NCBI GenBank assembly: GCA_002633005.1
Contig: NMRA01000102.1
Span: 664,345 to 728,344 of the forward strand
DNA: 64,000 bases
From: Phoronis australis
Lineage: Eukaryota; Animalia; Phoronida
Direction of reading: 5' to 3'
This document shows positions 1 to 13,762 of this stretch, in pieces; position 1 is the stretch's first letter; every line of letters begins with the position of its first letter. The translations under genes and the position numbers were made by a program. The notes below the pieces were generated by a model that worked only from the letters and a program-made list of their open reading frames with translations, had not been told where the DNA came from and made no database searches.

Positions 1-29
1 GTTCAGTTCGAGTCGAGCTTGTGTAGAAT

Positions 30-130
30 GGGTTGACGGGGTTGTGGGTCGAGGGGATGGACGGTCGTGGGTCGTGGGTCGAGAAAGTTGTGGGTCGAGG
101 GGTTGAGGGGTGTGGGGGTCGAGGGGGTTT
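30..130. repeat. G-rich degenerate short tandem repeat (GTGGGTCG/GGGTCGAG units)
   Basis: Repeated gggtcg/gtgggtcg motifs; probably subterminal repeats of an element cut by the window edge. Confidence 0.55.
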
Positions 131-1976
131 GAAAACAATCCTAATTAGTTTGCTTCATCGACGAAATTTTATTACACGTAGTTTGCTTATTTGCCAGCAT
201 TAGGTGGCACCCCTTTCAATGTCAACTACGCACCAGTACCCGGTACATCTGTGAAGCCCAAGTAATCAGATAATACTAAAATCAAGATGCATCAATCCAC
301 CAAATTCAAGCACGTGCGATTCCCTCACCTAAACATGTGGGTGTGTGTATTGAATTTGAATATAAAATGAGATTAATTCCGATATCGCATCAGCTCAACA
401 GAACTTGAATGCATAGCTACTTACATGTACTTGCTTAGTACAATTTTTATGCGCTATGCTTAATGATTTGATTAATTTGTTGACAGTTTTGTGAGAAAGG
501 TGTCCAGTAAATTAATTGCATTTACCAAGTACTTAAACAGAACAAGGTGATCTAGAGCATAAATGTAGCATATGTTAATTTCAGACACACGGTGTATATG
601 TACAGTATGAAACCTGTACGGACAACACGTACATGTATACACATACTTCTACTGACAAAGAATAAAAAGATTGACTTCAGTTATATGAGAATTTGGGAGT
701 ATATCTTATTCCAGTATTTAGCGACCCTCACTTGATCGACCCTTCACGTGATCACGACAGAAATAAGATGATCATGAGACATTTACCGTAAATTTAACAT
801 TTGGTCCTATAAAGGAAATGGATTTTTCTTAGTACAGTTTAACTTGACACTTGACCTTCCAGTTGACCCTGAATTTGATATGCATGCTTTAAAAAATTAA
901 CACTAGAAATTGACTATACGTCACAAAAACACTCGTAACGGTATAGTGCAGGACCATATAAGTCATCATGTTCCAAAGATGAAAACTGGGCGAAAATCGA
1001 TATAGCTGATGGCGTCCTCTTCAATTATAAGAAATCATCTTCTTAATTTTGTTCTTCCAACACCATAATTCGTTTTCAAAAGAAAACATTAGAGTAAATC
1101 ACATTGCAGGGTCAACTTTTTGAAATCTATATTAATTCTTTGGCCTGTATGGAGCATCCAGATATTGAAACGAGATCAAAAGATGCATGCAGGTAGTACC
1201 CGAAGCCCGGCGAATAATCCTTCCTGCAACACCAGCGCTAATTTTGCATTGAAGTTTAACCCCGGCGCTAAACTGAGACCGGCATCGATAACCCGCCCAA
1301 AGTACAGGGCGAGGAAGCTTTCAACATCCGCTAATGCGCGACAAAAAGAAGAGTTTCAAGTGGTGTTGTTGCATTTAATGTAGCTTTTTGTTAGAAATGT
1401 AACACTTTCCAAATTAGTACTTACGATGAAATAAAAAACATCTACGTTTCAACATAACATTTGACCATATTATGAAAAAAAACACCCTTCACATCCTTCT
1501 TTTGGAGCTATCGCATGAGTCAAATTACGTCGTTTTTGCGCTCACGTGAAAGTAGACTTCCCATAGAGCTGACGCAGCCCCGTGACCGGCATTGCGTGCA
1601 GGGGGGGGGGGGGGGGGGGNACTTTGACATTACGCTAACTTCGATGCTGTAGACTTTTCGGTAAGGCTCTTGGCGCAGCTTGATTAGGGTGGAGGGAAAT
1701 CTGTATACACCACGATGACTCTCAGCTCTATGTTCCTGAGATGAGACGGAATTTGTAACACCAGCAATGAGGGTTATTCACTAAGAGCAGGGCTCAAATT
1801 CGAATGTAAAATGGTCCATAAAGAGAACGTACTCGTGTTACCTACTGCGAAACTTTCAAATCATTACCGGAAACTCGGACGGAAATGTTCAGTAGGAGAA
1901 TGACGACGAAATTTTTGATTTGGTTGTAGTTTTTGCGTTACTTAAATTGCTTACATCAACGGAAATAGGGACAGCC

Positions 1977-2070
1977 CACTATTCGGAAGGTTCAATCTTC
2001 TTAAGGTTTACTATTCCAAAGTTTACTACTTCAAAAGGTTCAATACTACGAGAGTTCACAACTCTGAAAA
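1977..2070. repeat. Degenerate ~16-bp tandem repeat (consensus near TATTCCGAAGGTTCAC)
   Basis: Consecutive units tattcggaaggttcaa, ttcttaaggtttac, tattccaaagtttac, tacttcaaaaggttcaa, tactacgagagttcac. Confidence 0.5.
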
Positions 2071-2507
2071 TATGTAAAACTTCAAACTCAGGTGTAATTC
2101 TTATAATTTTAAGTGCAAAAATTAACGATGCTTCACTTATTAGATGCACTGAGTGGAGTACCAGGATTTCATGCGCATACGAAATTGCCTGCATGTTTCA
2201 CAAATATGGAAACATACGTACGTACTTGCATTAAAACACATCAAGTAGGGATATCAATAAATTATCAACCACTATACATTCACCAAATCCATGTCGAGAT
2301 CGCATCATTTCACAGCTCGACAGAAAAGTTTAGGGCCGCTGCGCCCTAACCTCACCCACCGGAACCACGCGCACGGCAGGGGTGAAACTACACCAATTAG
2401 TGCCCTTCGATGTAGCCAACACGCGCATTCAATGCAAATGAATAACATAAAACCTCATGTAATCGCCTGTGTACACATCAAACAACCATGGTGAACAGAC
2501 GACGTAC

Positions 2508-2547
2508 TTGTCGGAAGTGTACCCAATTGTCACACCATGCACCTCTT
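2508..2547 (-). CDS. Candidate coding exon 3 of an unnamed secreted protein (EEVHGVTIGYTSD)
   Basis: Minus strand ctactatttag|AAGAGG...CCGACAA|gtacgt; 40 nt, open in the phase-1 frame left by the previous exon. Confidence 0.45.
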
Positions 2548-2737
2548 CTAAATAGTAGAACCACAGATTTTGTGCATTGAGAATGTACATGTACAGTGTT
2601 GGCTGCCCATGTACTATAGTATGTGACTAGATATAGACCGACATTTTTCCGAATATTTCTTGATGTATTTTAGCAACATTTATGTGTACTAGATTTGGTA
2701 AAGCAGCGAGGTTTTTGATAACGGTTTAGATACATAC

Positions 2738-2824
2738 CTTGGCACGCCTGCTCTTTAGAACTATTACATGTCGAGGGACTGCCTGCAGTGGCTGTTGATG
2801 TTGGTCCGGGAATTGACTCTGCAC
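2738..2824 (-). CDS. Coding exon 2 of an unnamed secreted protein (AESIPGPTSTATAGSPSTCNSSKEQACQ)
   Basis: Minus strand atattttcag|GTGCAG...GCCAAG|gtatgt; 87-nt phase 1-1 exon, stop-free, Ser/Thr/Pro-rich, GC-richer than its flanks. Confidence 0.65.
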
Positions 2825-3703
2825 CTGAAAATATTTGCATGATGTGCTTTCGTTATCAATCGTGACCACTTCCAATGGTAAACATTCAATTTACACACAC
2901 ACAGTCATGTTTTGGGCGAAAACGAAAGTAAAAGCTTGTATTGCTGGCGGTTTAGTGTCTTTATTTGAAGAAATTTCGCTATTAGAAAAGTTCCACTTAT
3001 AACACCTGAAATATTTCACTTAAATCATACCTTGAAAATGACAGTAATATATCAGGTAACACATCACTTGTTTAATTCTTACGAATTTGGACCATACGCA
3101 TCAATATATGCTTATAGACAAGACGTCCTGGAAAACGCCTGCTTGTTATTTCTATTAACTTACACTGTGAAGTGCCTATTCATTGAGGGGTAAAAGTTTT
3201 TCATGGCCAGTGAAACGAACGTGTGAGAATGTGACACTGGTGTGCTTCATGGCTGTAAACTCTGATTTCAATCTTACGGTAATTTTCTACTGGATATATC
3301 GATTCAATCGCGAAATTGCTCCAACTAAAGAACCTCGTGATCCGTGAAAGTCGAAACATGACATCATTAATCGAGTACTTAAAAGTAACGACAGCCTGAT
3401 GCAAGTGATTACACAACGAATTACACTCTAGAAGACACAGGTTTTCATAACTGCGACTGGTAACGATTAGTATTTATCTCGTACACTAATTGTCAAAGGT
3501 TTTTATTAATATCTATAACCGTGTGTTTTATGTGGCCTTAGAAAAGCACATACGTCAAAGGTGTGTTTGCCCACTTTTTCGATCTCCAATAAGCGGCCCC
3601 TGAGTTACTGCTGCACAAGAGAACTGTGAAAAAGTGACACATTGAATCCGTGAGTACACATCCGGACGACACAAAAACATCGCCACCGTGAATCGTTCAC
3701 TGA

Positions 3704-3858
3704 CAGTGGTAGATTTAGGGGGTCAAGGTGGTCATGACCCCCCGCTAAAATTCTCTTAGATTCCATTTGGCAGTTGGAAGGGTGCGAATATCTGACAGGC
3801 AAAATCCTGACTAATACCCTGCCCTTCCCCCTAACTTAAAATCCTGGAACCGCCACTG
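3704..3858. mobile_element. MITE with CAGTGG...CCACTG termini (hAT-like)
   Basis: cagtggtagattt ... ggaaccgccactg; reverse-complement homologue at 25786-25944. No TSD recognised. Confidence 0.65.
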
Positions 3859-4347
3859 CTTACACTCCCTACTGTTCAATGTATGCTGAGCAAACTCCGA
3901 CAGCTATTCAATAACACATTTGTTAGATTGGGACAAAATCGAATATGGCATCAATGATCACCCAACATGCCTTCTAATGACATCTTTCTCCAGTGTTACC
4001 TGCTGGGTAAAGCGTATTACACTCCTCCAGCAGACGTGACAGAGTAGAGCGGGCGAATAAATAGTATATTCAAAGTTCTAAGAATTACAGGAAACGGGAG
4101 GAACACGTTTATTCAAATGTGCCCCCAGTGACGCAATGGGTGTGGCTGCTGGGGTGTACAGAGTGAAATAACCTTCTACACAAATGCTCTAACTGTTTCG
4201 AAGGTCTCATAACAAATGTGGTATTCGTTTCCATGCATAAAGTGAAATGTAGTAAATAAACAAACTTTACTGTTGATCCGATGACAAGTTTTAAACTAAC
4301 TAGACATTTTACGTACTTCGTCTGTTTGTTCGAACATATCCACTTAC

Positions 4348-4408
4348 ATGTACCAAGAACTTGAAGAGAGCAGAATAACAAAACTGTCGAAAGCAGCAAA
4401 GTTCCCAT
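4348..4408 (-). CDS. First coding exon, signal peptide MGTLLLSTVLLFCSLQVLGT
   Basis: Kozak-like atcaccATGG at 4408; hydrophobic core; acceptor ttatttccag| at 4451 upstream; phase-1 donor gtaagt (alternative phase-1 donor gtacat 6 nt earlier) compatible with exon 2738-2824. Confidence 0.65.
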
Positions 4409-4791
4409 GGTGATATCTAAGCCCACCAAAGACAAAGCTTTACCTCTTAACCTGGAAATAACAATACAGTTTAGTTTCTGCCTCAGCATTTCCGCTCCTT
4501 GACCAGTGTGTTAACCTCCGAACACGAACTCGGACTTTAAATTACGTGTATTTTCTTTTTCGTTCTACATCAGTACAAACTCGAGATAGGTGTTTGCAAT
4601 TGTGTGCTGGAACACACTGTGATTTGAGTGAAGTTTGAAAGAATATCTAGTATTCCTCTTGACTTTTTACTTGGTGACTCAGACATGCAATTGAGGAATG
4701 AGTCCCGAGTCTAAAATCACAATCTGCAGTGCCTAGATGGACGCTAATCTGCCTAACCCAAAATATACTCCAAAAGAACAGAATTACTCAC

Positions 4792-4910
4792 TGTGTCGGT
4801 CGTTCCGTCACGAAGAAAGTATCGGAAATGACTACTCGCTCACTTTCAACGATAATGACAGCTAAACAGGAAATAGAGAAACTATAATTAGTCACGTCAC
4901 GTTGACTATG
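4792..4910 (-). promoter_or_regulatory. Candidate 5' UTR exon and core promoter of the minus-strand gene
   Basis: Minus-strand donor ACA|gtgagt at 4792; CpG-richer tract; CRE-like gtgacgtgac and an AT-rich element at ~4880-4900. Confidence 0.35.
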
Positions 4911-5149
4911 GACAGAAAACACTTAACGGATTGAAGTAAACCGCCGATCAGGTGGAACGTTGGAAAATATCAATAATCAAACAAACCAAATGATTTATAA
5001 TAAATATGAATCGTTTTTTAATAATCAGAATCAATGTAATTATTTACCTAACAAACATATTATTACAACCATGCAATGACTGTAATTCAGCAGTGAAATG
5101 CGGAAGAACTACTTTTCTGTATTTCATAACTAACCTAAATCCCTACAAT

Positions 5150-7600
5150 ATTCGGACGCTATGACTACAAGTTACGAGAGATATTTCACTGCGGCGAACC
5201 CCCCCACTAAACAGGGACGTAGCAAAGGAGCGTATGCACATCCTCAGTAATTTGCATTCGTAAAACCTTTGATACCGGCTTAAGGCGAGGGCAGGGAGAG
5301 TAGGGATTAGTAAAACATCAAAACATTTATAAGGGAGGCAAAATTTTGACGAAATTTAGCAGTTTCCAATTCTGGATTTGCCCTTTGGGCTCACTGACTA
5401 GGATATTTTTGTTTAAGGGTTCTCAGTTTTTAAAAATGCTTCATACACTGTAACTTCAACATGATCTAAGAAGTTTTGTTGCGCTCAAACTCTACAATTA
5501 TCTTAAGTTATCGAAAATGAATTAATCGCTGTTAACCTAAGACTAATCACCCGTGCGTTCTAGGCATAACCTACCTTGCGATATCTGCATTAAAATAACA
5601 TTACTAAGTGTGGGAGAATTTTTCGTTTAAACGCTGCTCCTAGCTGAATTTTATGTTAATAACCAATCTGTATACTTGTACTTCAAGACTAAGCGGTTGT
5701 CATGTTGTTTACTACCATCATTTACAGTTTTTCAAATGTTGCGGTTTGCAAGCTAAGGTGCGCATGGCCGAATTCTGTTCACGAAAGTCACGAATTAACA
5801 TTCCTCTAACGATCCATCGCTATCGACACTAATTGTGTGGTAGGCCTCTCGTGGAATTTCATTGCCAAAGTTCTCCAGATTAAATTGATTCAGATTTTTA
5901 AAATCAAAGGGACTTTTTGTGCAGCAATTCTGTTCATGAAGCCCTCTCCAGTAGTGAGTAATGGGGTCGTTTGACGCTTCCTCAGCGTTATTTTTTTGAA
6001 ATAGTACGCCATTCGATATACGGTACAACACTCAAGAGAGGAGAGGCCACCGATGACATTCAGCTCTACGTGCTTCAGTTATGTTTCTGTTTTTGTGAAT
6101 TAGAATGGTACTATCTTTTATGTTAAGGAATGGCACCGTGACCCGATGGAAGCAGACAATTGACACGATGAAAAAATCATCTGTCACTCTTTTTGCCTTA
6201 CATTTGGCTAAGTCTGGAAATTGGTGTCCATGACCACAAGGTGTTACACCGCAAGTACTAGTTTATCTCCTTAGGTTGCATCAAACCAGAAAAATCCAAT
6301 TCTTTCTTTTTCACTATGGAGTTTAAGGCAATTTTTAAGGTATAAACGTCACCTGCAAATGAATTTTAAAAATACGAATGCAAACAATTAAAAATTGAAG
6401 TCAACAAAAATATGCTATTGTATTAAACTGACAAGGAGGCCAATTAAACTGCGTCGGAGCAGAAAAATCGTTCGGGAAGCACCGAATTCAAGAGAAAATC
6501 ACATGAAAAACAGTGAAAGCTTTTAGTTTATGTTTTGTGTATGCATGTACGTCACAATAAATTACATTTTAAACACTCACCTATTGCTTTACTTCACAAC
6601 GTAGCACGTCCATGTAGCAAAACACAGGCAAAGTTTAACCCGACAAGTAAACCTGTTTTATGTATTTATGGGGATTACTTTTTCCTTTACGTCAATCTCA
6701 ATTCATAGACGAGCACTACTTTCATGTTAATACAAAAACTGTACTCGTTACCTCATTGGTCAAGAATTCATTCCTTTGGTAGCTTCCCATACCTACCTTC
6801 TGCTGACGCACATATTAAAGCTAGTGTGATCACATGTTTTGCTAGTGATGGTTATAACACGTTAAGTGATGCGTGATCACGTGTTTTGCGACTTTGTTGA
6901 GTGCACAGAAGGCAGGCCAGGTGTACGACTTGTACTAAAGACCTGATTCACTGTACCCCGAAAATTTTTCCATCCCAATTTATCTATTGAATGTGTGTAC
7001 CTTTGGTAGACCCTTAACACATGTTTTTCTTAAATTTTATCCGTGTTTTGAATTGAGTAATCCTAGTGAATTTTGCAGGTGTAGTTAGTTTGTACACGCC
7101 ATGGAGGCGTTTTTTTATTTTCTAGTGCCCATTTTGTTTTTTTCTGCAACGTAGATTGTAACATTACCCAGACAAAATATATTCTAATAAAAATAAAGAT
7201 TTAAATAAGATAAGGCAAAATTGTCAATGAAATTATGACTTTTTCATGCAAGGTATCACAAAAGTGATCACGCATAAAAAGACATTGCATGTATTTCCAA
7301 TTGTTTAGCAAAATTATCGATATAATAGCCAGAGGAAATTTTGCCAATCAGACCGTGAGATTCAGATATCAAGGTTTGCTAAGCATTGGCAGTCGTGAAT
7401 AAAGATTTCTGGGATTTTCAAATACGTAGGTTTAATTCTAATTCCGTAACAGTCTAACTCTGGAAACTTCAGAACGTTATTAACACGCTTGAATTTTATG
7501 GATGTCTCAAACTCCCGGTTGGAAACTCTATTCCTATGCTTTTCATTGAATATCCTTGGTTGTGCATTTGTAATCAAGCCTCCCGGGTTTCATCAAAAGT
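5150..7600. repeat. Long non-coding segment with a diverged inverted paralogue at ~54050-59600
   Basis: Reverse-complement blocks: 5530-5640/59015-59125, 5740-5800/58875-58940, 6135-6215/58075-58150, 6545-6735/56965-57150, 7160-7570/54060-54495. Confidence 0.8.
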
Positions 7601-8034
7601 TTCTTTATTGAAAAAATACATTTAAAAGAAAAAATTAAAATGTGAATAGTTTTGCAATCTGTTGCCTTGTATGAGATCATGCCATAACATATCAAAGCTT
7701 CATTGCGTCATGATTTATTCGCCAACGACAATGGGCAAAACATTTATTATATTATTCATATTTTATTTTACCAGTTACAGCGAATTCTTGGGAGAAATTA
7801 ATGACACCGTGAATTTTTATGCATGTTGAAAGTTGAGAAAATATGCATTATTTGAGTCCTACGAATTCTGAGAAATTGATGTTTCGTTGCATTTTGATAT
7901 AGGTTGGTGAAACTCGGGAAAATCTAGATCACACTCATCCCCTCCCACACCACCAAATTTCAGTTACCCGATGCAAGGGTANTTTTCAAAACTTTCTAAG
8001 GAAATTTGAGAGGCGGGAAATGAAAAAGAAACAT

Positions 8035-11000
8035 TGCATGCGGGGATTTCATTCTTTGTTTTAGACCAGTCTAAAAATACGCATTACTATAAGCAATAAT
8101 TCAAATGTCAGTGTAAAATTAGGAGAACAAATACAAGTGTGGGACCTCGTAGACCCAAATTTAAACTATTATGCATAGAGCTGCAAAACTCCTATTAAGC
8201 AGAGGAGACTGGACTTTTCTTAGTTACAATTTGCTTCACTGTCTGTGTAAAATTAACATAACCAACAGTTACACGTTAAATCATTCACGTGTGCTCATGA
8301 GTTTTAAAGTGAAAGAAATCTTAAGAGGGAAAGGCCGAGGGTGACTTGGAATAATCTGAAAAGATTAAAGACAAAATCTGAGGTAAAACGTCATTATACT
8401 GTTCCTGTTTACAATTACTAAGTGATTGATGCAGTTTCTAAAAAGAAATTCATTTCGTAACTAATGTTCTTACAACTTTTTTATGGAAATTCGCAACACC
8501 AGCGTGGACTACTCAATAAAAAAGAAGAAAAATTACATCAAATACGGACGTAATTTAGAAGAAGCCATTAATAGACTGGAAAGCAAAGATAACCTGACTG
8601 AAGATGATCTAACGACTTTTGAAGAAAAAAAACAAGTTACAAGAATTAAAAAAAGAGGCTTTGAAAGGTACTGTTGCCTCATCTAGAGCTAATTGGATTG
8701 AAAGTGGAGAACGCCCGACCAAATATTTTTGTAACTTAGAATCGTGGAACTTTTTTAGTAAGTTGATATACGCTATAGAAACTGAAGAAGGAGAAACTAG
8801 AACATATCAAAAGTTATGTGAGATAATGGATGTTTAGAAAAACTTATACTCTTCGAGGTCTGAGAGCGAAGAACTGTTGAATAGCGTAATCGGACATTGT
8901 CAGACTCCGGTATTTTCGGAGTTGGAGGGAATCCAACTAGAAAATGAAATTAATATTCTCTTTGATGAATTATCGGATGTTTTAAAAATACAACAAACAA
9001 GAAGAGTCCAGGATCTGGTTGCTTGACGTAAAATATTTGAATTTTTTGGGGTAGACATAAAATATGTAAATGTAATTTAAAAAGGGCGCAAATGTCTACA
9101 ACCCAACGGACTGGGATTATTACATGTACGTGTATACCAAAACCAGACAAGCCGAAACAGTTCCTAAACAACTTGCGACCAATAACTTTATTGGATAGTG
9201 TGTACAGACTGGCTTCGGAGTGTGGCAAACAGAATTAAAAAAAAAAACATATTGCAAATACCCAAACTGGATTTATTAAAGGAGAACGAGACTTATTTAT
9301 GATATCATGTGTTATACGGACAGACACAACATTCCAGTTCTACTTGCGTTGACAGATATCTAAAGGCTATTGACAGTGTTTCCTGTGATTTTGTATTTAA
9401 AGCCCTGAATAATTTCAATGTCAAGGCCAATATTATTCGACATATAAGAACATTTTGTATTAAACTGACTGCCCGTGTCTTGCAAAATGGATTTGTGTCA
9501 GACAACTTCATACTCGAACGCGTATGTCGACAAAGTGATCCTCTCTCCCCTTATATATTGATACTGTGTGCTAAAGCTCTGTCTGTGTTGATTAATCATG
9601 ATCCTGAAGTGAAAGGTATTAAAATCGACAACGAAGACTTCGTTATAACACAAGACGCAGACGATACAGCTTTCACTTTACACGGAACTCCAAGATCCCT
9701 GGCAACACTTACGAAGAACTTTAGAGATTTATGTAGCGTTGTCGGGGCTGAAGATAAACTATTTTAAGACAAAAGTAGTGTGGATTTGATGTACAGTGTA
9801 GGAAATTCTCTCAAAAAGTATTTCACCGCTTGCGTTGGAAACTACATGGTAGTGATGTTGATTCTAAAAGTCTAGGTATTAGTTTCAATGTGAACTTGAA
9901 AACTATGTCCAAAGATAACTTCGATGCAAAAATAATGGAAATGAAGAATCTGAATAACATATGGTCTCGTATGAAGCTGACTATCGTTGTAAGGTCAATG
10001 TATTTTAATACATAAAAAACGCTTTGGCTTCTTCGCTTCCGAGTCCCGATGCTACTGCGATATTAAAACTTTGTTTTTTTAAATTTATTTGGGACGGTAA
10101 ACTCGATAAAATAAAAAAGAGGAGCACTCGTTAAATCCATAGAAAAAAGGCGGTGTGAAGATGAATGATGTCAAAAAATTAATAAGTTTTTAACTATCTC
10201 GTGGATTAGAAGATTCTTTTTAACAAAATCTTCATTGACCTATTTGTTGTAAAAAGACATCGGGCTTACTACAGATGGAATGCTGAGCTATGGAGACTAT
10301 AGGTTTACTATATTGGATAACTGTAACTCTTTTAGGAAAGAAATCTTCCAGTGCTGAATTTTTGAGCTCACAAACAAACTATTTCAGGACGCGGAGATGC
10401 GGCGTCAATCAATGTGCGGGCCAACAGTAATAATAGGGTGGAATACAGCCCTTGTACTTATGAGTCATTCGTTAAAAAATATTTGTGAACAATTTTTAGA
10501 TTGGAATGGTAACTTTAACACCTTTGAAAGTTTCCAGAAGATTCATCAGATTAATATCAGTTTTCTCATATATCATTTAATTTTAGTGCAGTGAAAAAAA
10601 TATGTGAATACGTTTTCCAAAAAATTGAGTCTAAAAAGTATATGGCCCACTTTTACGCTTTTTCTCCGAATATTGACAATATTCTGTGCATAAACGACAT
10701 AACACCATTGGCACAAAAATTCGATATATTGGTATTTTCGCTATCAGAGAAGATGTGGAACTCCTATTACAAACTTCCGCACGAATGTACGAATGACATA
10801 AAATTACTTTTCTTAATTCACTTCCTCTTGCTGCATAGAATTCTATCTACTAATTATTTTATAAATAAGATTGAATATGTGGACTCTATTGCTTGTATTT
10901 TTAGTAAATACTTTCCCGAGACTTTTAGAACATTTATTCATTGGATGTGAATATGTTAAATCTTTCAGGCATGGGGTATGTCTCTGGTTAATGACTGCAA

Positions 11001-11425
11001 TGAAAGTAAATTTTTAAATAGGCAGAACCACCATTATGTTTGGTTTTCAAAATGAACAGAAAAAAGTGTGAACTGGTTTCTTTCACAAAATAACTTTTAT
11101 TTTTAAAACGAAATTTGCTAACTTTAAGCCTAATTTAGTATGCCTCAAAAATTTCGGGAGTGTGCTTGAATGTAGAAGTCATTGCTTCTCTAAACACGCG
11201 GAATTTAATGATACAAACTAATGGGAGGATTGGTATATGATTGAAACCAGAAAATTGGCCACATGCCAGAACGGAAATTAGATTACTTTTTAAATGCATG
11301 TAACTTGGAAGAAACAATCAAATGCTTTTTGCTTTCTCTTTTTCTTTTTCTTCCCAATTCTGTACGTTGTTGTGTTGTGTTGTGTATAATTATATATGTA
11401 CAGGTTTTTGTAAAAGTTAAAAAAG
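8035..11425 (+). mobile_element. Decayed L1/Tx1-clade non-LTR retrotransposon ORF2 (APE, RT, C-terminal Zn finger)
   Basis: Motif remnants CGDF, RLDF, RANWIESGERPTKYFCNLE, KSPG, GIITC(TC)IPKPDK..LRPITLL, QTGFIKG, KAIDSVS, CRQSDPLSPYILIL, QDADDT, LLHRILSTN; many stops and frameshifts; A-rich tail. Confidence 0.9.
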
Positions 11426-11513
11426 AATTAAACGCAAACATTATGCAATCAAAAATCCTGTGACGTCATAGGTTGAATTCCGGTGTCCACCATTGTGTTG
11501 TTACGCACCAGCC

Positions 11514-12638
11514 GTGAGCCCGAATGGTATCGAAAAGAGTTGCCCGAGACGAGTATCATGACAAGGTGTGTGGGCAAATTACGCAGTTATAGCAATAAGA
11601 CCGACAGTATTTCAGAATTTGTGTTTCCAAAAGACCCTAAGATCGACCAAAAATGGGACAGCCTCCTGCGTCGGACACAGGTAAGGCAGTACACGGTAGA
11701 GCAGGTGATTTTTTAGTGGAAACAATGTGCTCAGTTCTGCCCATTTTGAAGAACTGTGCTTCAATGATGAAGGTTTCTCCAACGTGGAAATGCATTGGCG
11801 CACAGACAGTTGCTGAGAATGTGGTTGTCAGGCACTTTCTGAGTGTCATTGTCATCATTGAGTTGTGATTAAGATATTGAAAGTGATTGTATTAAGATAG
11901 TTCTGATCACTCTACTCTCGTACACGATGGAATGCATGCTATCCACATGTACGTTCATATTTAACAATAGAAAATGGAATGAAGAAGTCGGGCAAATACC
12001 TTGAGGTTACTGAGCCTGGAATCCGGCACTGGACCGAAATAATCGACGAATCACAATGGTACAAACCTTCCATATNGTGAGCCCGAATGGTATCGAAAAG
12101 AGTTGCCCGAGACGAGTATCATGACAAGGTGTGTGGGCAAATTACGCAGTTATAGCAATAAGACCGACAGTATTTCAGAATTTGTGTTTCCAAAAGACCC
12201 TAAGATCGACCAAAAATGGGACAGCCTTCTGCGTCGGACACAGGTAAGGCAGTACACGGTAGAGCAGGTGATTTTTTAGTGGGAACAATGTGCTCAGTTC
12301 TGCCCATTTTGAAGAACTGTGCTTCAATGATGAAGGTTTCTCCAACGTGGAAATGCAATGGCGCACAGACAGTTGCTTAGAATGTGGTTGTCGGGCAATT
12401 TCTGAGTGTCATTGTCATCATTGAGTTGTGATTAAGATATTGAAAGTGATTGTAGTAAGATAGTTCTGATCACTCTACTCTCGTACACGATGGAATGCAT
12501 GCTATCCACATGTACGTTCATAATTAACAATAGAAAATGGAATGAAGAAGTCGGGCAAATACCTTGAGGTTACTGAGCCTGGAATCCGGCACTGGGCCGA
12601 AATAATCGACGAATCACAATGGTACAAAGCTTCCATAT
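11514..12638. other. Near-identical 562-bp direct duplication across a single N (probable allelic overlap artefact)
   Basis: 11514-12075 is repeated at 12077-12638 with a few substitutions; N at 12076. Confidence 0.85.
11558..11830 (+). pseudogene. THAP zinc-finger remnant of a DNA transposon
   Basis: MTRCV...FVFPKDPKIDQKW...LRRT then frameshifted SAHFEELCF, matching the THAP pattern C..FP.D....W...CSxHF. Confidence 0.6.
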
Positions 12639-13762
12639 TTTGGAACAGACGACAGAAATAAAATCCAGATAGCATCTTAATAATTTCTTGACTAACGCAC
12701 TCGGCATTCGAAGAAATTAAATCAATAAGGCCGATATTCGCGACCGGGCTTTGACAGTCGGGGTAAAACTTCGGTTATAGGTTTACAGGTGCACACTAAA
12801 ATGGTTAGACAATTAAATCGGGATTCCATAAAATGTTATAATTACCACTCAGGAACGTCAGCTCTCAAACCAAATCTGTCCAAGGCGGTTTCACTCGCCG
12901 AAGACGCCACTGCTGTAGGATTGATTTCATACACCCTAAGTCTGCCTATCTATTGATGTATAACTCACTGTATTTCGCATTCACTCCTATCTTCATACCT
13001 GATTGTCTTAATAATACTCTGTAAGCTGGCTCTCTAAGTCACTGCATACATGCTGTCACCTGATCAAGGCCTTCCACTGATGACCTCACGAGGCAGGAAG
13101 TCAAAAAATTACTAATTTCCTTTAACATTAAAACTTTCTCAAGTATTTCCCAAAATAAGTGTTTCTTCAGATAAATGTTTTTGTATGAAATGGTAATGGT
13201 CTATTACCTCAAAAAGTTCATAAATCCATTGTAGAGACGCTTTAAAATCACAGCCTATGTGTTGGAATGATATGTTTCCGATCAACTAGAAAATGTACCA
13301 ATTATTTTGCCGAGTTTCTGATTTCAAACATCATCTTGCTTGACTGAGAGACATTTCACAGCATAACCACATTAGTTGGGGCGAAAACTTGAAAAAATCG
13401 AGCAAAATAAGAACAGGCTAGGGCAGCGGGGCATCCACTGGCAAAATGTTAATGAGGGGACATCTTCAGCAATGGTGGGGTAAACTTGGCGGTGGTGCAA
13501 TTTGGTAACGGCCAGGTGGCGGATAAAAACTGATGGCGACGGGTGAGGGTTGAATTCTCCTTCGGCTATGTTCGGACAATAATAGTAGTCAGTGATATCG
13601 AGACGAGGGGGTTAGGGTGTGCATGGGTATGTACTTTAAAATCATGGGCTCAGACTTGTTGACATGTACTTTAACCTCAAAATATATTTTTAAATGGTGT
13701 TTACAACTTTGGGTCCTGGGCTCAAAGTACTCTAGGGATTCTAGAAAATTTTGAGAAAAAAC

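Noticed and set aside
1601-1620. Poly-G tract as G-quadruplex element
   Set aside because: Ends at an N contig join, so length and context are unreliable.
11514-12638. Real tandem duplication of a THAP gene
   Set aside because: Near-identical copies meet exactly at a single N; same pattern at 18765 and 26106, typical of unmerged allelic contig ends.
13050-13110. Hammerhead ribozyme (cttcc-a-ctgatga-cctcacgagg-ca-ggaag)
   Set aside because: CTGATGA and a hairpin are present but GAAA and a cleavage triplet with stem III are missing, and no PLE coding remnant was recognised next to it.
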